From positions 165,354,001 through 165,418,000 of the forward strand of contig OZ024742.1 of NCBI GenBank assembly GCA_964016885.1: DNA of 64,000 nt. Reading direction: 5' to 3'. Made by a program: the position numbers and the translations under genes. The notes under the pieces are model-generated. The model had not been told where the DNA came from. It ran no database searches and saw nothing but the letters and a program-made list of their open reading frames with translations. How positions within the stretch are numbered: the first letter of the stretch is position 1; the number at the start of each line of letters is the position of its first letter. Shown here piece by piece: positions 1 to 12,644 of this stretch. This DNA is from Eledone cirrhosa. Lineage: Eukaryota.

Positions 1-227
1 CCCCCTGATTTATTTACAAATTATCTCCGCCTGATTTTTTTAAATATTATCTTCCCTTGGCTGGCGGGAAATTATCTCCCCTTGGACGGCTGGAAATTAT
101 CTCCCCTTGATTTTTTTTACAAATTATCTCCCCCTGATTTTTTTTTACAAATTATCTCCCCCTGATTTTTTTTTACAAATTATCTCCCCCTGATTTTTTT
201 TTACAAATCTCCCCCTGATTTTTTTAT

Positions 228-451
228 AAATTATCTCCCCTTGGCTGGCTGGAAATTATCTCCCCTTGGAGGCTGGAATTTATCTCCCCTTGGACGGCTA
301 GAAATTACCTCTCCTTGGATGGCTGGAAAATATGTCTCCTTGGACGGCTGGATATTATCTACCCTTGGACGGCTGGAAATTATCTCCCCTTGGACGGCTG
401 GAAATTATCTCCCCTTGGACGGCTAGATATTACCTCCCATTGGACGGCTGG
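228..451 (+). repeat. Example class-1 A block: 9 ordered A monomers, 224 bp
   Basis: Order: TTGGCTGGCTGG; TTGGAGGCTGG (24-mer); AATTTATC..GGCTAG; AAATTACCTCTCC; AAAATATGTCTCC; ATATTATCTACCC; 2 near-consensus units; ATATTACCTCCC. The same order recurs at e.g. 2845, 5325, 15676, 18658, 36034, 42419, 54541 and 62658. Confidence 0.95.
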
Positions 452-562
452 AAATTATCTCCCCTTGATTTTTTTTACAAATTATCTCCCCCTGATTTTT
501 TTTTACGAATTATCTCCCCCTGATTTTTTTTTACAAATTATCTCCGCCTGATTTTTTTTTAA

Positions 563-687
563 AAATTATCTCCCCTTGAACGGCTGGAAATTATCTCCCC
601 TTGGACGGCTGGAAATTATCTCCCCTTGGACGGCTAGAAATTACCTCTCCTTGGACGGCTGAAAATTATCTCCCCTTGGACGGCTGC
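563..687 (+). repeat. Example class-3 A block: 5 ordered A monomers, 125 bp
   Basis: Tails in order: TTGAACGGCTGG, consensus, GGCTAG, GGCTGA, GGCTGC, then exit GATTTTTT(T)AAC. Recurs near 2020, 4480, 5650, 17740, 27600, 34010, 39310, 53720 and 60300. Confidence 0.93.
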
Positions 688-955
688 AAATTATCTCCCC
701 TTGATTTTTTTAACAAATTATCTCCCCCTGATTTTTTTTTACAAATTATCTCCCCCTGATTTTTTTTTACAAATTATCTACGCCTAATTTTTTTTACAAA
801 TTATCTCCCCCTGATTTTTTTTTACAAATTATCTCCCCCTGATTTTTTTTACAAATTATCTCCCCCTGATTTTTTTTACAAATTATCTCCCCCTGATTTT
901 TTTACAAATTATCTCCCCCCTGATTTTTTTTACAATCTCCGCCTGATTTTTTTAA

Positions 956-1105
956 AAATTATCTTCCCTTGGCTGGCGGGAAATTATCTCCCCTTGGACG
1001 GCTGGAAATTATATCCCCTTGGAAGGATGGAAATTATCTCCCCTTGGACGGCTGGAAATTATCTCCCCTTGGACGGCTGGAAATTACCTCCCCTTGGACA
1101 GCTGG
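956..1105 (+). repeat. Example class-2 A block: 6 ordered A monomers, 150 bp
   Basis: Starts AAATTATCTTCCCTTGGCTGGCGGG, contains TTATATCCCCTTGGAAGGATGG, ends GGACAGCTGG, then exit CTGCCCTTGATTTTGTTTTTAC. Recurs at 1437, 2424, 6053, 13806, 18032, 26825, 41999 and 61770 (ORF-track MAGGKLSPLGRLEIISPWKDG). Confidence 0.93.
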
Positions 1106-3262
1106 AAATTATCTGCCCTTGATTTTGTTTTTACAAATTATCTCCCCCTGATTTTTTTTACAAATTATCTCCACCTGATTTTTTAAAAAATTATCTCCCC
1201 TTGGACGGCTGGAAATTATCTCCCCTTGGACGGCTGGAAATTATCTCCCCTTGATTTTTTTTACAAATTATCTCCCCCTGATTTTTTTTTACAAATTATC
1301 TCCCCCTGATTTTTTTTACAAATTATCTCCCCCTGATTTTTTTTTACAAATTATTTCCCCCTGATTTTTTTACAAATTATCTCCCCCCTGATTTTTTTTA
1401 CAATCTCCGCCTGATTTTTTTAAAAATTATCTTCCCTTGGCTGGCGGGAAATTATCTCCCCTTGGACGGCTGGAAATTATATCCCCTTGGAAGGATGGAA
1501 ATTATCTCCCCTTGGACGGCTGGAAATTATCTCCCCTTGGACGGCTGGAAATTATCTCCCCTTGGACAGCTGGAAATTATCTGCCCTTGATTTTGTTTTT
1601 ACAAATTATCTCCCCCTGATTTTTTTTACAAATTATCTCCACCTGATTTTTTAAAAAATTATCTCCCCTTGGACGGCTGGAAATTATCTCCCCTTGGAGG
1701 CTGGAATTTATCTCCCCTTGGACGGCTAGAAATTACCTCGCCTTGGACGGCTGGAAAATATGTCTCCTTGGACGGCTGGAAATTATCTCCCCTTGGACGG
1801 CTGGAAATTATCTCCCCTTGGACAGCTGGAAATTATCTCCCCTTGGACGGCTAGATATTACCTCCCCTTGGACGGCTGGAAATTATCTCCCCTTGATTTT
1901 TTTTACAAATTATCTCCCCCTGATTTTTTTTTACAAATTATCTCCCCCTGATTTTTTTTTACGAATTATCTCCCCCCGATTTTTTTTTACAAATTATCTC
2001 CGCCTGATTTTTTTTCAAAAATTATCTCCCCTTGAACGGCTGGAAATTATCTCCCCTTGGACGGCTGGAAATTATCTCCCCTTGGACGGCTAGAAATTAC
2101 CTCTCCTTGGACGGCTGAAAATTATCTCCCCTTGGACGGCTGCAAATTATCTCCCCTTGATTTTTTAACAAATTATCTCCCCCTGATTTTTTTTTACAAA
2201 TTATCTCCCCCTGATTTTTTTTTACAAATTATCTACGCCTAATTTTTTTTACAAATTATCTCCCCCTGATTTTTTTTACAAATTATCTCCCCCTGATTTT
2301 TTTTACAAATTATCTCCCCCTGATTTTTTTTTACAAATTATTTCCCCCTGATTTTTTTACAAATTATCTCCCCCCTGATTTTTTTTACAATCTCCGCCTG
2401 ATTTTTTTAAAAATTATCTTCCCTTGGCTGGCGGGAAATTATCTCCCCTTGGACGGCTGGAAATTATATCCCCTTGGAAGGATGGAAATTATCTCCCCTT
2501 GGACGGCTGGAAATTATCTCCCCTTGGACGGCTGGAAATTATCTCCCCTTGGACAGCTGGAAATTATCTGTCCTTGATTTTGTTTTTACAAATTATCTCC
2601 CCCTGATTTTTTTTACAAATTATCTCCACCTGATTTTTTAAAAAATTATCTCCCCTTGGACGGCTGGAAATTATCTCCCCTTGATTTTTTTTACAAATTA
2701 TCTCCCCCTGATTTTTTTTTACAAATTATCTCCCCCTGATTTTTTTTTACAAATTATCTCCCCCTGATTTTTTTTTACAAATTATCTCACCCTGATTTTT
2801 TTTACAAATTATCTCTCCCTGATTTTTTTACAAATTATCTCCCCTTGGCTGGCTGGAAATTATCTCCCCTTGGAGGCTGGAATTTATCTCCCCTTGGACG
2901 GCTAGAAATTACCTCTCCTTGGACGGCTGGAAAATATGTCTCCTTGGACGGCTGGATATTATCTACCCGTGGACGGCTGGAAATTATCTCCCCTTGGACG
3001 GCTGGAAATTATCTCCTCTTGGACGGCTAGATATTACCTCCCCTTGGACGGCTGGAAATTATCTCCCCTTGATTTTTTTACAAATTATCTCCCCCTGATT
3101 TTTTTACAAATTATCTCCCCCTGATTTTTTTTACAAATTATCTCCGCCTAATTTTTTTAAATATTATCTTCCCTTGGCTGGCGGGAAATTATCTCCCCTT
3201 GGACGGCTGAAAATTATCTCCCCTTGGACGGCTGGAAATTATCTCCCCTTGATTTTTTTTAC

Positions 3263-6200
3263 AAATTATCTCCCCCTGATTTTTTTTTACAAATTATCTC
3301 CCCCTGATTTTTTTTACAAATTATCTCCCCCTGATTTTTTTACAAATTATCTCCCCTTGGCTGGCTGGAAATTATCTCCCCTTGGAGGCTGGAATTTATC
3401 TCCCCTTGGACGGCTAGAAATTACCTCTCCTTGGAAGGCTGGAAAATATGTCCTTGGACGGCTGGATATTATCTACCCTTGGACGGCTGGAAATTATCTC
3501 CCCTTGGACGGCTGGAAATTATCTCCCCTTGGACGGCTAGATATTACCTCCCCTTGGACGGCTGAAAATTATCTCCCCTTGGACGGCTGGAAATTATCTC
3601 CCCTTGATTTTTTTTACAAATTATCTCCCCCTGATTATTTTTTACAAATTATCCCCTGATTTTTTTTTTACAAATTATCTCCCCCTGATTTTTTTTACAA
3701 ATTATCTCCCCCTGATTTTTTTACAAATTATCTCCCCTTGGCTGGCTGGAAATTATCTCCCATTGGAGGCTGGAATTTATCTCCCCTTGGACGGTTAGAA
3801 ATTACCTCCCCTTGGACGGCTGGAAAATATGTCTCCTTGGACGGCTGGAAATTATCGCCCCTTGGATGGCTGGAAATTATCTCCCCTTGGACGGTTGGAA
3901 ATTATCTCTCATCGGACGGCTAGAAATTACCTCTCCTTGGACAGCTGAAAATTATCTCCCCTTGGACGGCTGGAAATTATCTCCCCTTGATTTTTTTTAC
4001 AAATTATCTCCCCCTGATTTTTTTTTACAAATTATCTCCCCCTGATTTTTTTTTTACAAATTATCTCCCCCTGATTTTTTTTTACAAATTATCTCCCCCT
4101 GATATTTTTTACAAATTATCTCCCCCTGATTTTTTTACAAATTATCTCCCCTTGGCTGGCTGGAAATTATCTCCCCTTGGAGGCTTGAATTTATCTCCCC
4201 TTGGACGGCTGGAAAATATGTCTCCTTGGACGGCTGGAAATTATCTCCCCTTGGACGGCTGGAAATTATCTCCCCTTGGACAGCTGGAAATTATCTCCCC
4301 TTGGACGGCTAGATATTACCTCCCCTTGGACGGCTGGAAATTATCTCCCCTTGATTTTTTTTACAAATTATCTCCCCCTGATTTTTTTTTACAAATTATC
4401 TCCCCCTGATTTTTTTTTACGAATTATCTCCCCCCGATTTTTTTTTACAAATTATCTCCGCCTGATTTTTTTTTAAAAATTATCTCCCCTTGAACGGCTG
4501 GAAATTATCTCCCCTTGGACGGCTGGAAATTATCTCCCCTTGGACGGCTAGAAATTACCTCTCCTTGGACGGCTGAAAATTATCTCCCCTTGGACGGCTG
4601 CAAATTATCTCCCCTTGATTTTTTAACAAATTATCTCCCCCTGATTTTTTTTTACAAATTATCTCCCCCTGATTTTTTTTTACAAATTATCTCCCCCTGA
4701 TTTTTTTTTACAAATTATCTCCCCCTGATTTTTTTTACAAATTATCTCCCCCTGATTTTTTTTACAATCTCCGCCTGATTTTTTAAAAAATTATCTTCCC
4801 TTGGCTGGCGGGAAATTATCTCCCCTTGGACGGCTGGAAATTATCTCCCCTTGGACGGCTGGAAATTATCTCCCCTTGGACAGCTGGAAATTATCTGCCC
4901 TTGATTTTGTTTTTACAAATTATCTCCCCCTGATTTTTTTTACAAATTATCTCCACCTGATTTTTTAAAAAATTATCTCCCCTTGGACGGCTGGAAATTA
5001 TCTCCCCTTGATTTTTTTACAAATTATCTCCCCCTGATTTTTTTTACAAATTATCTCCCCCTGATTTTATGTTACAAATTATCTCCCCCTGATTTATTTA
5101 CAAATTATCTCCGCCTGATTTTTTTAAATATTATCTTCCCTTGGCTGGCGGGAAATTATCTCCCCTTGGACGGCTGGAAATTATCTCCCCTTGATTTTTT
5201 TTACAAATTATCTCCCCCTGATTTTTTTTTACAAATTATCTCCCCCTGATTTTTTTTTACAAATTATCTCCCCCTGATTTTTTTTTACAAATCTCCCCCT
5301 GATTTTTTTATAAATTATCTCCCCTTGGCTGGCTGGAAATTATCTCCCCTTGGAGGCTGGAATTTATCTCCCCTTGGACGGCTAGAAATTACCTCTCCTT
5401 GGATGGCTGGAAAATATGTCTCCTTGGACGGCTGGATATTATCTACCCTTGGACGGCTGGAAATTATCTCCCCTTGGACGGCTGGAAATTATCTCCCCTT
5501 GGACGGCTAGATATTACCTCCCATTGGACGGCTGGAAATTATCTCCCCTTGATTTTTTTTACAAATTATCTCCCCCTGATTTTTTTTTACGAATTATCTC
5601 CCCCTGATTTTTTTTTACAAATTATCTCCGCCTGATTTTTTTTTTAAAATTATCTCCCCTTGAACGGCTGGAAATTATCTCCCCTTGGACGGCTGGAAAT
5701 TATCTCCCCTTGGACGGCTAGAAATTACCTCTCCTTGGACGGCTGAAAATTATCTCCCCTTGGACGGCTGCAAATTATCTCCCCTTGATTTTTTTAACAA
5801 ATTATCTCCCCCTGATTTTTTTTTACAAATTATCTCCCCCTGATTTTTTTTTACAAATTATCTACGCCTAATTTTTTTTACAAATTATCTCCCCCTGATT
5901 TTTTTTTACAAATTATCTCCCCCTGATTTTTTTTACAAATTATCTCCCCCTGATTTTTTTTACAAATTATCTCCCCCTGATTTTTTTACAAATTATCTCC
6001 CCCCTGATTTTTTTTACAATCTCCGCCTGATTTTTTTAAAAATTATCTTCCCTTGGCTGGCGGGAAATTATCTCCCCTTGGACGGCTGGAAATTATATCC
6101 CCTTGGAAGGATGGAAATTATCTCCCCTTGGACGGCTGGAAATTATCTCCCCTTGGACGGCTGGAAATTACCTCCCCTTGGACAGCTGGAAATTATCTGC

Positions 6201-9200
6201 CCTTGATTTTGTTTTTACAAATTATCTCCCCCTGATTTTTTTTACAAATTATCTCCACCTGATTTTTTAAAAAATTATCTCCCCTTGGACGGCTGGAAAT
6301 TATCTCCCCTTGGACGGCTGGAAATTATCTCCCCTTGATTTTTTTTACAAATTATCTCCCCCTGATTTTTTTTTACAAATTATCTCCCCCTGATTTTTTT
6401 TACAAATTATCTCCCCCTGATTTTTTTTTACAAATTATTTCCCCCTGATTTTTTTACAAATTATCTCCCCCCTGATTTTTTTTACAATCTCCGCCTGATT
6501 TTTTTAAAAATTATCTTCCCTTGGCTGGCGGGAAATTATCTCCCCTTGGACGGCTGGAAATTATATCCCCTTGGAAGGATGGAAATTATCTCCCCTTGGA
6601 CGGCTGGAAATTATCTCCCCTTGGACGGCTGGAAATTATCTCCCCTTGGACAGCTGGAAATTATCTGCCCTTGATTTTGTTTTTACAAATTATCTCCCCC
6701 TGATTTTTTTTACAAATTATCTCCACCTGATTTTTTAAAAAATTATCTCCCCTTGGACGGCTGGAAATTATCTCCCCTTGATTTTTTTTACAAATTATCT
6801 CCCCCTGATTTTTTTTTACAAATTATCTCCCCCTGATTTTTTTTTACAAATTATCTCCCCCTGATTTTTTTTTACAAATTATCTCACCCTGATTTTTTTT
6901 ACAAATTATCTCTCCCTGATTTTTTTACAAATTATCTCCCCTTGGCTGGCTGGAAATTATCTCCCCTTGGACGGCTGGAAATTATCTCCTCTTGGACGGC
7001 TAGATATTACCTCCCCTTGGACGGCTGGAAATTATCTCCCCTTGATTTTTTTACAAATTATCTCCCCCTGATTTTTTTACAAATTATCTCCCCCTGATTT
7101 TTTTTACAAATTATCTCCGCCTAATTTTTTTAAATATTATCTTCCCTTGGCTGGCGGGAAATTATCTCCCCTTGGACGGCTGAAAATTATCTCCCCTTGG
7201 ACGGCTGGAAATTATCTCCCCTTGATTTTTTTTACAAATTATCTCCCCCTGATTTTTTTTTACAAATTATCTCCCCCTGATTTTTTTTACAAATTATCTC
7301 CCCCTGATTTTTTTACAAATTATCTCCCCTTGGCTGGCTGGAAATTATCTCCCATTGGAGGCTGGAATTTATCTCCCCTTGGACGGTTAGAAATTACCTC
7401 CCCTTGGACGGCTGGAAAATATGTCTCCTTGGACGGCTGGAAATTATCGCCCCTTGGACGGCTGGAAATTATCTCCCCTTGGACGGCTGGAAATTATCTC
7501 TCATCGGACGGCTAGAAATTACCTCTCCTTGGACAGCTGAAAATTATCTCCCCTTGGACGGCTGGAAATTATCTCCCCTTGATTTTTTTTACAAATTATC
7601 TCCCCCTGATTTTTTTTTACAAATTATCTCCCCCTGATTTTTTTTTACAAATTATCTCCCCCTGATTTTTTTTTACAAATTATCTCCCCCTGATATTTTT
7701 TACAAATTATCTCCCCCTGATTTTTTTACAAATTATCTCCCCTTGGCTGGCTGGAAATTATCTCCCCTTGGAGGCTGGAATTTATCTCCCCTTGGACGGC
7801 TAGAAATTACCTCGCCTTGGACGGCTGGAAAATATGTCTCCTTGGACGGCTGGAAATTATCTCCCCTTGGACGGCTGGAAATTATCTCCCCTTGGACAGC
7901 TGGAAATTATCTCCCCTTGGACGGCTAGATATTACCTCCCCTTGGACGGCTGGAAATTATCTCCCCCTGATTTTTTTTTACAAATTATCTCCCCCTGATT
8001 TTTTTTACAAATTATCTCCCCCTGATTTTTTTACAAATTATCTCCCCTTGGCTGGCTGGAAATTATCTCCCCTTGGAGGCTGGAATTTATCTCCCCTTGG
8101 ACGGCTAGAAATTACCTCTCCTTGGAAGGCTGGAAAATATGTCCTTGGACGGCTGGATATTATCTACCCTTGGACGGCTGGAAATTATCTCCCCTTGGAC
8201 GGCTGGAAATTATCTCCCCTTGGACGGCTAGATATTACCTCCCCTTGGACGGCTGAAAATTATCTCCCCTTGGACGGCTGGAAATTATCTCCCCTTGATT
8301 TTTTTTACAAATTATCTCCCCCTGATTATTTTTTACAAATTATCCCCTGATTTTTTTTTTACAAATTATCTCCCCCTGATTTTTTTTACAAATTATCTCC
8401 CCCTGATTTTTTTACAAATTATCTCCCCTTGGCTGGCTGGAAATTATCTCCCATTGGAGGCTGGAATTTATCTCCCCTTGGACGGTTAGAAATTACCTCC
8501 CCTTGGACGGCTGGAAAATATGTCTCCTTGGACGGCTGGAAATTATCGCCCCTTGGATGGCTGGAAATTATCTCCCCTTGGACGGTTGGAAATTATCTCT
8601 CATCGGACGGCTAGAAATTACCTCTCCTTGGACAGCTGAAAATTATCTCCCCTTGGACGGCTGGAAATTATCTCCCCTTGATTTTTTTTACAAATTATCT
8701 CCCCCTGATTTTTTTTTACAAATTATCTCCCCCTGATTTTTTTTTTACAAATTATCTCCCCCTGATTTTTTTTTACAAATTATCTCCCCCTGATATTTTT
8801 TACAAATTATCTCCCCCTGATTTTTTTACAAATTATCTCCCCTTGGCTGGCTGGAAATTATCTCCCCTTGGAGGCTTGAATTTATCTCCCCTTGGACGGC
8901 TGGAAAATATGTCTCCTTGGACGGCTGGAAATTATCTCCCCTTGGACGGCTGGAAATTATCTCCCCTTGGACAGCTGGAAATTATCTCCCCTTGGACGGC
9001 TAGATATTACCTCCCCTTGGACGGCTGGAAATTATCTCCCCTTGATTTTTTTTACAAATTATCTCCCCCTGATTTTTTTTTACAAATTATCTCCCCCTGA
9101 TTTTTTTTTACGAATTATCTCCCCCCGATTTTTTTTTACAAATTATCTCCGCCTGATTTTTTTTTAAAAATTATCTCCCCTTGAACGGCTGGAAATTATC

Positions 9201-12200
9201 TCCCCTTGGACGGCTGGAAATTATCTCCCCTTGGACGGCTAGAAATTACCTCTCCTTGGACGGCTGAAAATTATCTCCCCTTGGACGGCTGCAAATTATC
9301 TCCCCTTGATTTTTTAACAAATTATCTCCCCCTGATTTTTTTTTACAAATTATCTCCCCCTGATTTTTTTTTACAAATTATCTCCCCCTGATTTTTTTTT
9401 ACAAATTATCTCCCCCTGATTTTTTTTACAAATTATCTCCCCCTGATTTTTTTTACAATCTCCGCCTGATTTTTTAAAAAATTATCTTCCCTTGGCTGGC
9501 GGGAAATTATCTCCCCTTGGACGGCTGGAAATTATCTCCCCTTGGACGGCTGGAAATTATCTCCCCTTGGACAGCTGGAAATTATCTGCCCTTGATTTTG
9601 TTTTTACAAATTATCTCCCCCTGATTTTTTTTACAAATTATCTCCACCTGATTTTTTAAAAAATTATCTCCCCTTGGACGGCTGGAAATTATCTCCCCTT
9701 GATTTTTTTACAAATTATCTCCCCCTGATTTTTTTTACAAATTATCTCCCCCTGATTTTATGTTACAAATTATCTCCCCCTGATTTATTTACAAATTATC
9801 TCCGCCTGATTTTTTTAAATATTATCTTCCCTTGGCTGGCGGGAAATTATCTCCCCTTGGACGGCTGGAAATTATCTCCCCTTGATTTTTTTTACAAATT
9901 ATCTCCCCCTGATTTTTTTTTACAAATTATCTCCCCCTGATTTTTTTTTACAAATTATCTCCCCCTGATTTTTTTTTACAAATCTCCCCCTGATTTTTTT
10001 ATAAATTATCTCCCCTTGGCTGGCTGGAAATTATCTCCCCTTGGAGGCTGGAATTTATCTCCCCTTGGACGGCTAGAAATTACCTCTCCTTGGATGGCTG
10101 GAAAATATCTCTCCTTGGACGGCTGGATATTATCTACCCTTGGACGGCTGGAAATTATCTCCCCTTGGACGGCTGGAAATTATCTCCCCTTGGACGGCTA
10201 GATATTACCTCCCATTGGACGGCTGGAAATTATCTCCCCTTGATTTTTTTTACAAATTATCTCCCCCTGATTTTTTTTTACGAATTATCTCCCCCTGATT
10301 TTTTTTTACAAATTATCTCCGCCTGATTTTTTTTTTTAAATTATCTCCCCTTGAACGGCTGGAAATTATCTCCCCTTGGACGGCTGGAAATTATCTCCCC
10401 TTGGACGGCTAGAAATTACCTCTCCTTGGACGGCTGAAAATTATCTCCCCTTGGACGGCTGCAAATTATCTCCCCTTGATTTTTTTAACAAATTATCTCC
10501 CCCTGATTTTTTTTTACAAATTATCTCCCCCTGATTTTTTTTTACAAATTATCTACGCCTAATTTTTTTTACAAATTATCTCCCCCTGATTTTTTTTTAC
10601 AAATTATCTCCCCCTGATTTTTTTTACAAATTATCTCCCCCTGATTTTTTTTACAAATTATCTCCCCCTGATTTTTTTACAAATTATCTCCCCCCTGATT
10701 TTTTTTACAATCTCCGCCTGATTTTTTTAAAAATTATCTTCCCTTGGCTGGCGGGAAATTATCTCCCCTTGGACGGCTGGAAATTATATCCCCTTGGAAG
10801 GATGGAAATTATCTCCCCTTGGACGGCTGGAAATTATCTCCCCTTGGACGGCTGGAAATTACCTCCCCTTGGACAGCTGGAAATTATCTGCCCTTGATTT
10901 TGTTTTTACAAATTATCTCCCCCTGATTTTTTTTACAAATTATCTCCACCTGATTTTTTAAAAAATTATCTCCCCTTGGACGGCTGGAAATTATCTCCCC
11001 TTGGACGGCTGGAAATTATCTCCCCTTGATTTTTTTTACAAATTATCTCCCCCTGATTTTTTTTTACAAATTATCTCCCCCTGATTTTTTTTACAAATTA
11101 TCTCCCCCTGATTTTTTTTTACAAATTATTTCCCCCTGATTTTTTTACAAATTATCTCCCCCCTGATTTTTTTTACAATCTCCGCCTGATTTTTTTAAAA
11201 ATTATCTTCCCTTGGCTGGCGGGAAATTATCTCCCCTTGGACGGCTGGAAATTATATCCCCTTGGAAGGATGGAAATTATCTCCCCTTGGACGGCTGGAA
11301 ATTATCTCCCCTTGGACGGCTGGAAATTATCTCCCCTTGGACAGCTGGAAATTATCTGCCCTTGATTTTGTTTTTACAAATTATCTCCCCCTGATTTTTT
11401 TTACAAATTATCTCCACCTGATTTTTTAAAAAATTATCTCCCCTTGGACGGCTGGAAATTATCTCCCCTTGATTTTTTTTACAAATTATCTCCCCCTGAT
11501 TTTTTTTTACAAATTATCTCCCCCTGATTTTTTTTTACAAATTATCTCCCCCTGATTTTTTTTTACAAATTATCTCACCCTGATTTTTTTTACAAATTAT
11601 CTCTCCCTGATTTTTTTACAAATTATCTCCCCTTGGCTGGCTGGAAATTATCTCCCCTTGGACGGCTGGAAATTATCTCCTCTTGGACGGCTAGATATTA
11701 CCTCCCCTTGGACGGCTGGAAATTATCTCCCCTTGATTTTTTTACAAATTATCTCCCCCTGATTTTTTTACAAATTATCTCCCCCTGATTTTTTTTACAA
11801 ATTATCTCCGCCTAATTTTTTTAAATATTATCTTCCCTTGGCTGGCGGGAAATTATCTCCCCTTGGACGGCTGAAAATTATCTCCCCTTGGACGGCTGGA
11901 AATTATCTCCCCTTGATTTTTTTTACAAATTATCTCCCCCTGATTTTTTTTTACAAATTATCTCCCCCTGATTTTTTTTACAAATTATCTCCCCCTGATT
12001 TTTTTACAAATTATCTCCCCTTGGCTGGCTGGAAATTATCTCCCATTGGAGGCTGGAATTTATCTCCCCTTGGACGGTTAGAAATTACCTCCCCTTGGAC
12101 GGCTGGAAAATATGTCTCCTTGGACGGCTGGAAATTATCGCCCCTTGGACGGCTGGAAATTATCTCCCCTTGGACGGCTGGAAATTATCTCTCATCGGAC

Positions 12201-12644
12201 GGCTAGAAATTACCTCTCCTTGGACAGCTGAAAATTATCTCCCCTTGGACGGCTGGAAATTATCTCCCCTTGATTTTTTTTACAAATTATCTCCCCCTGA
12301 TTTTTTTTTACAAATTATCTCCCCCTGATTTTTTTTTACAAATTATCTCCCCCTGATTTTTTTTTACAAATTATCTCCCCCTGATATTTTTTACAAATTA
12401 TCTCCCCCTGATTTTTTTACAAATTATCTCCCCTTGGCTGGCTGGAAATTATCTCCCCTTGGAGGCTGGAATTTATCTCCCCTTGGACGGCTAGAAATTA
12501 CCTCGCCTTGGACGGCTGGAAAATATGTCTCCTTGGACGGCTGGAAATTATCTCCCCTTGGACGGCTGGAAATTATCTCCCCTTGGACAGCTGGAAATTA
12601 TCTCCCCTTGGACGGCTAGATATTACCTCCCCTTGGACGGCTGG
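3263..12644 (+). repeat. Tandem duplication, 2 x 4,691 bp (3263-7953 and 7954-12644)
   Basis: Constant ORF-track offset of 4,691 (3604/8295, 3738/8429, 4983/9674, 5325/10016, 7147/11838, 7743/12434). Rare variants are shared (GGCTTGAATTT, GACGGTTGG, GATTTTATGTTAC), and the junction at 7954 is read directly. Confidence 0.92.

Noticed and set aside
688-955. T-tracts as intrinsic or Pol III terminators
   Set aside because: There are no preceding GC hairpins or transcription units; the tracts are simply part of the B monomer.
1076-1092. NF-kB/Rel-like site (GGAAATTACC)
   Set aside because: Only a partial match to GGGRNNYYCC, found in a minority variant, with no supporting context.
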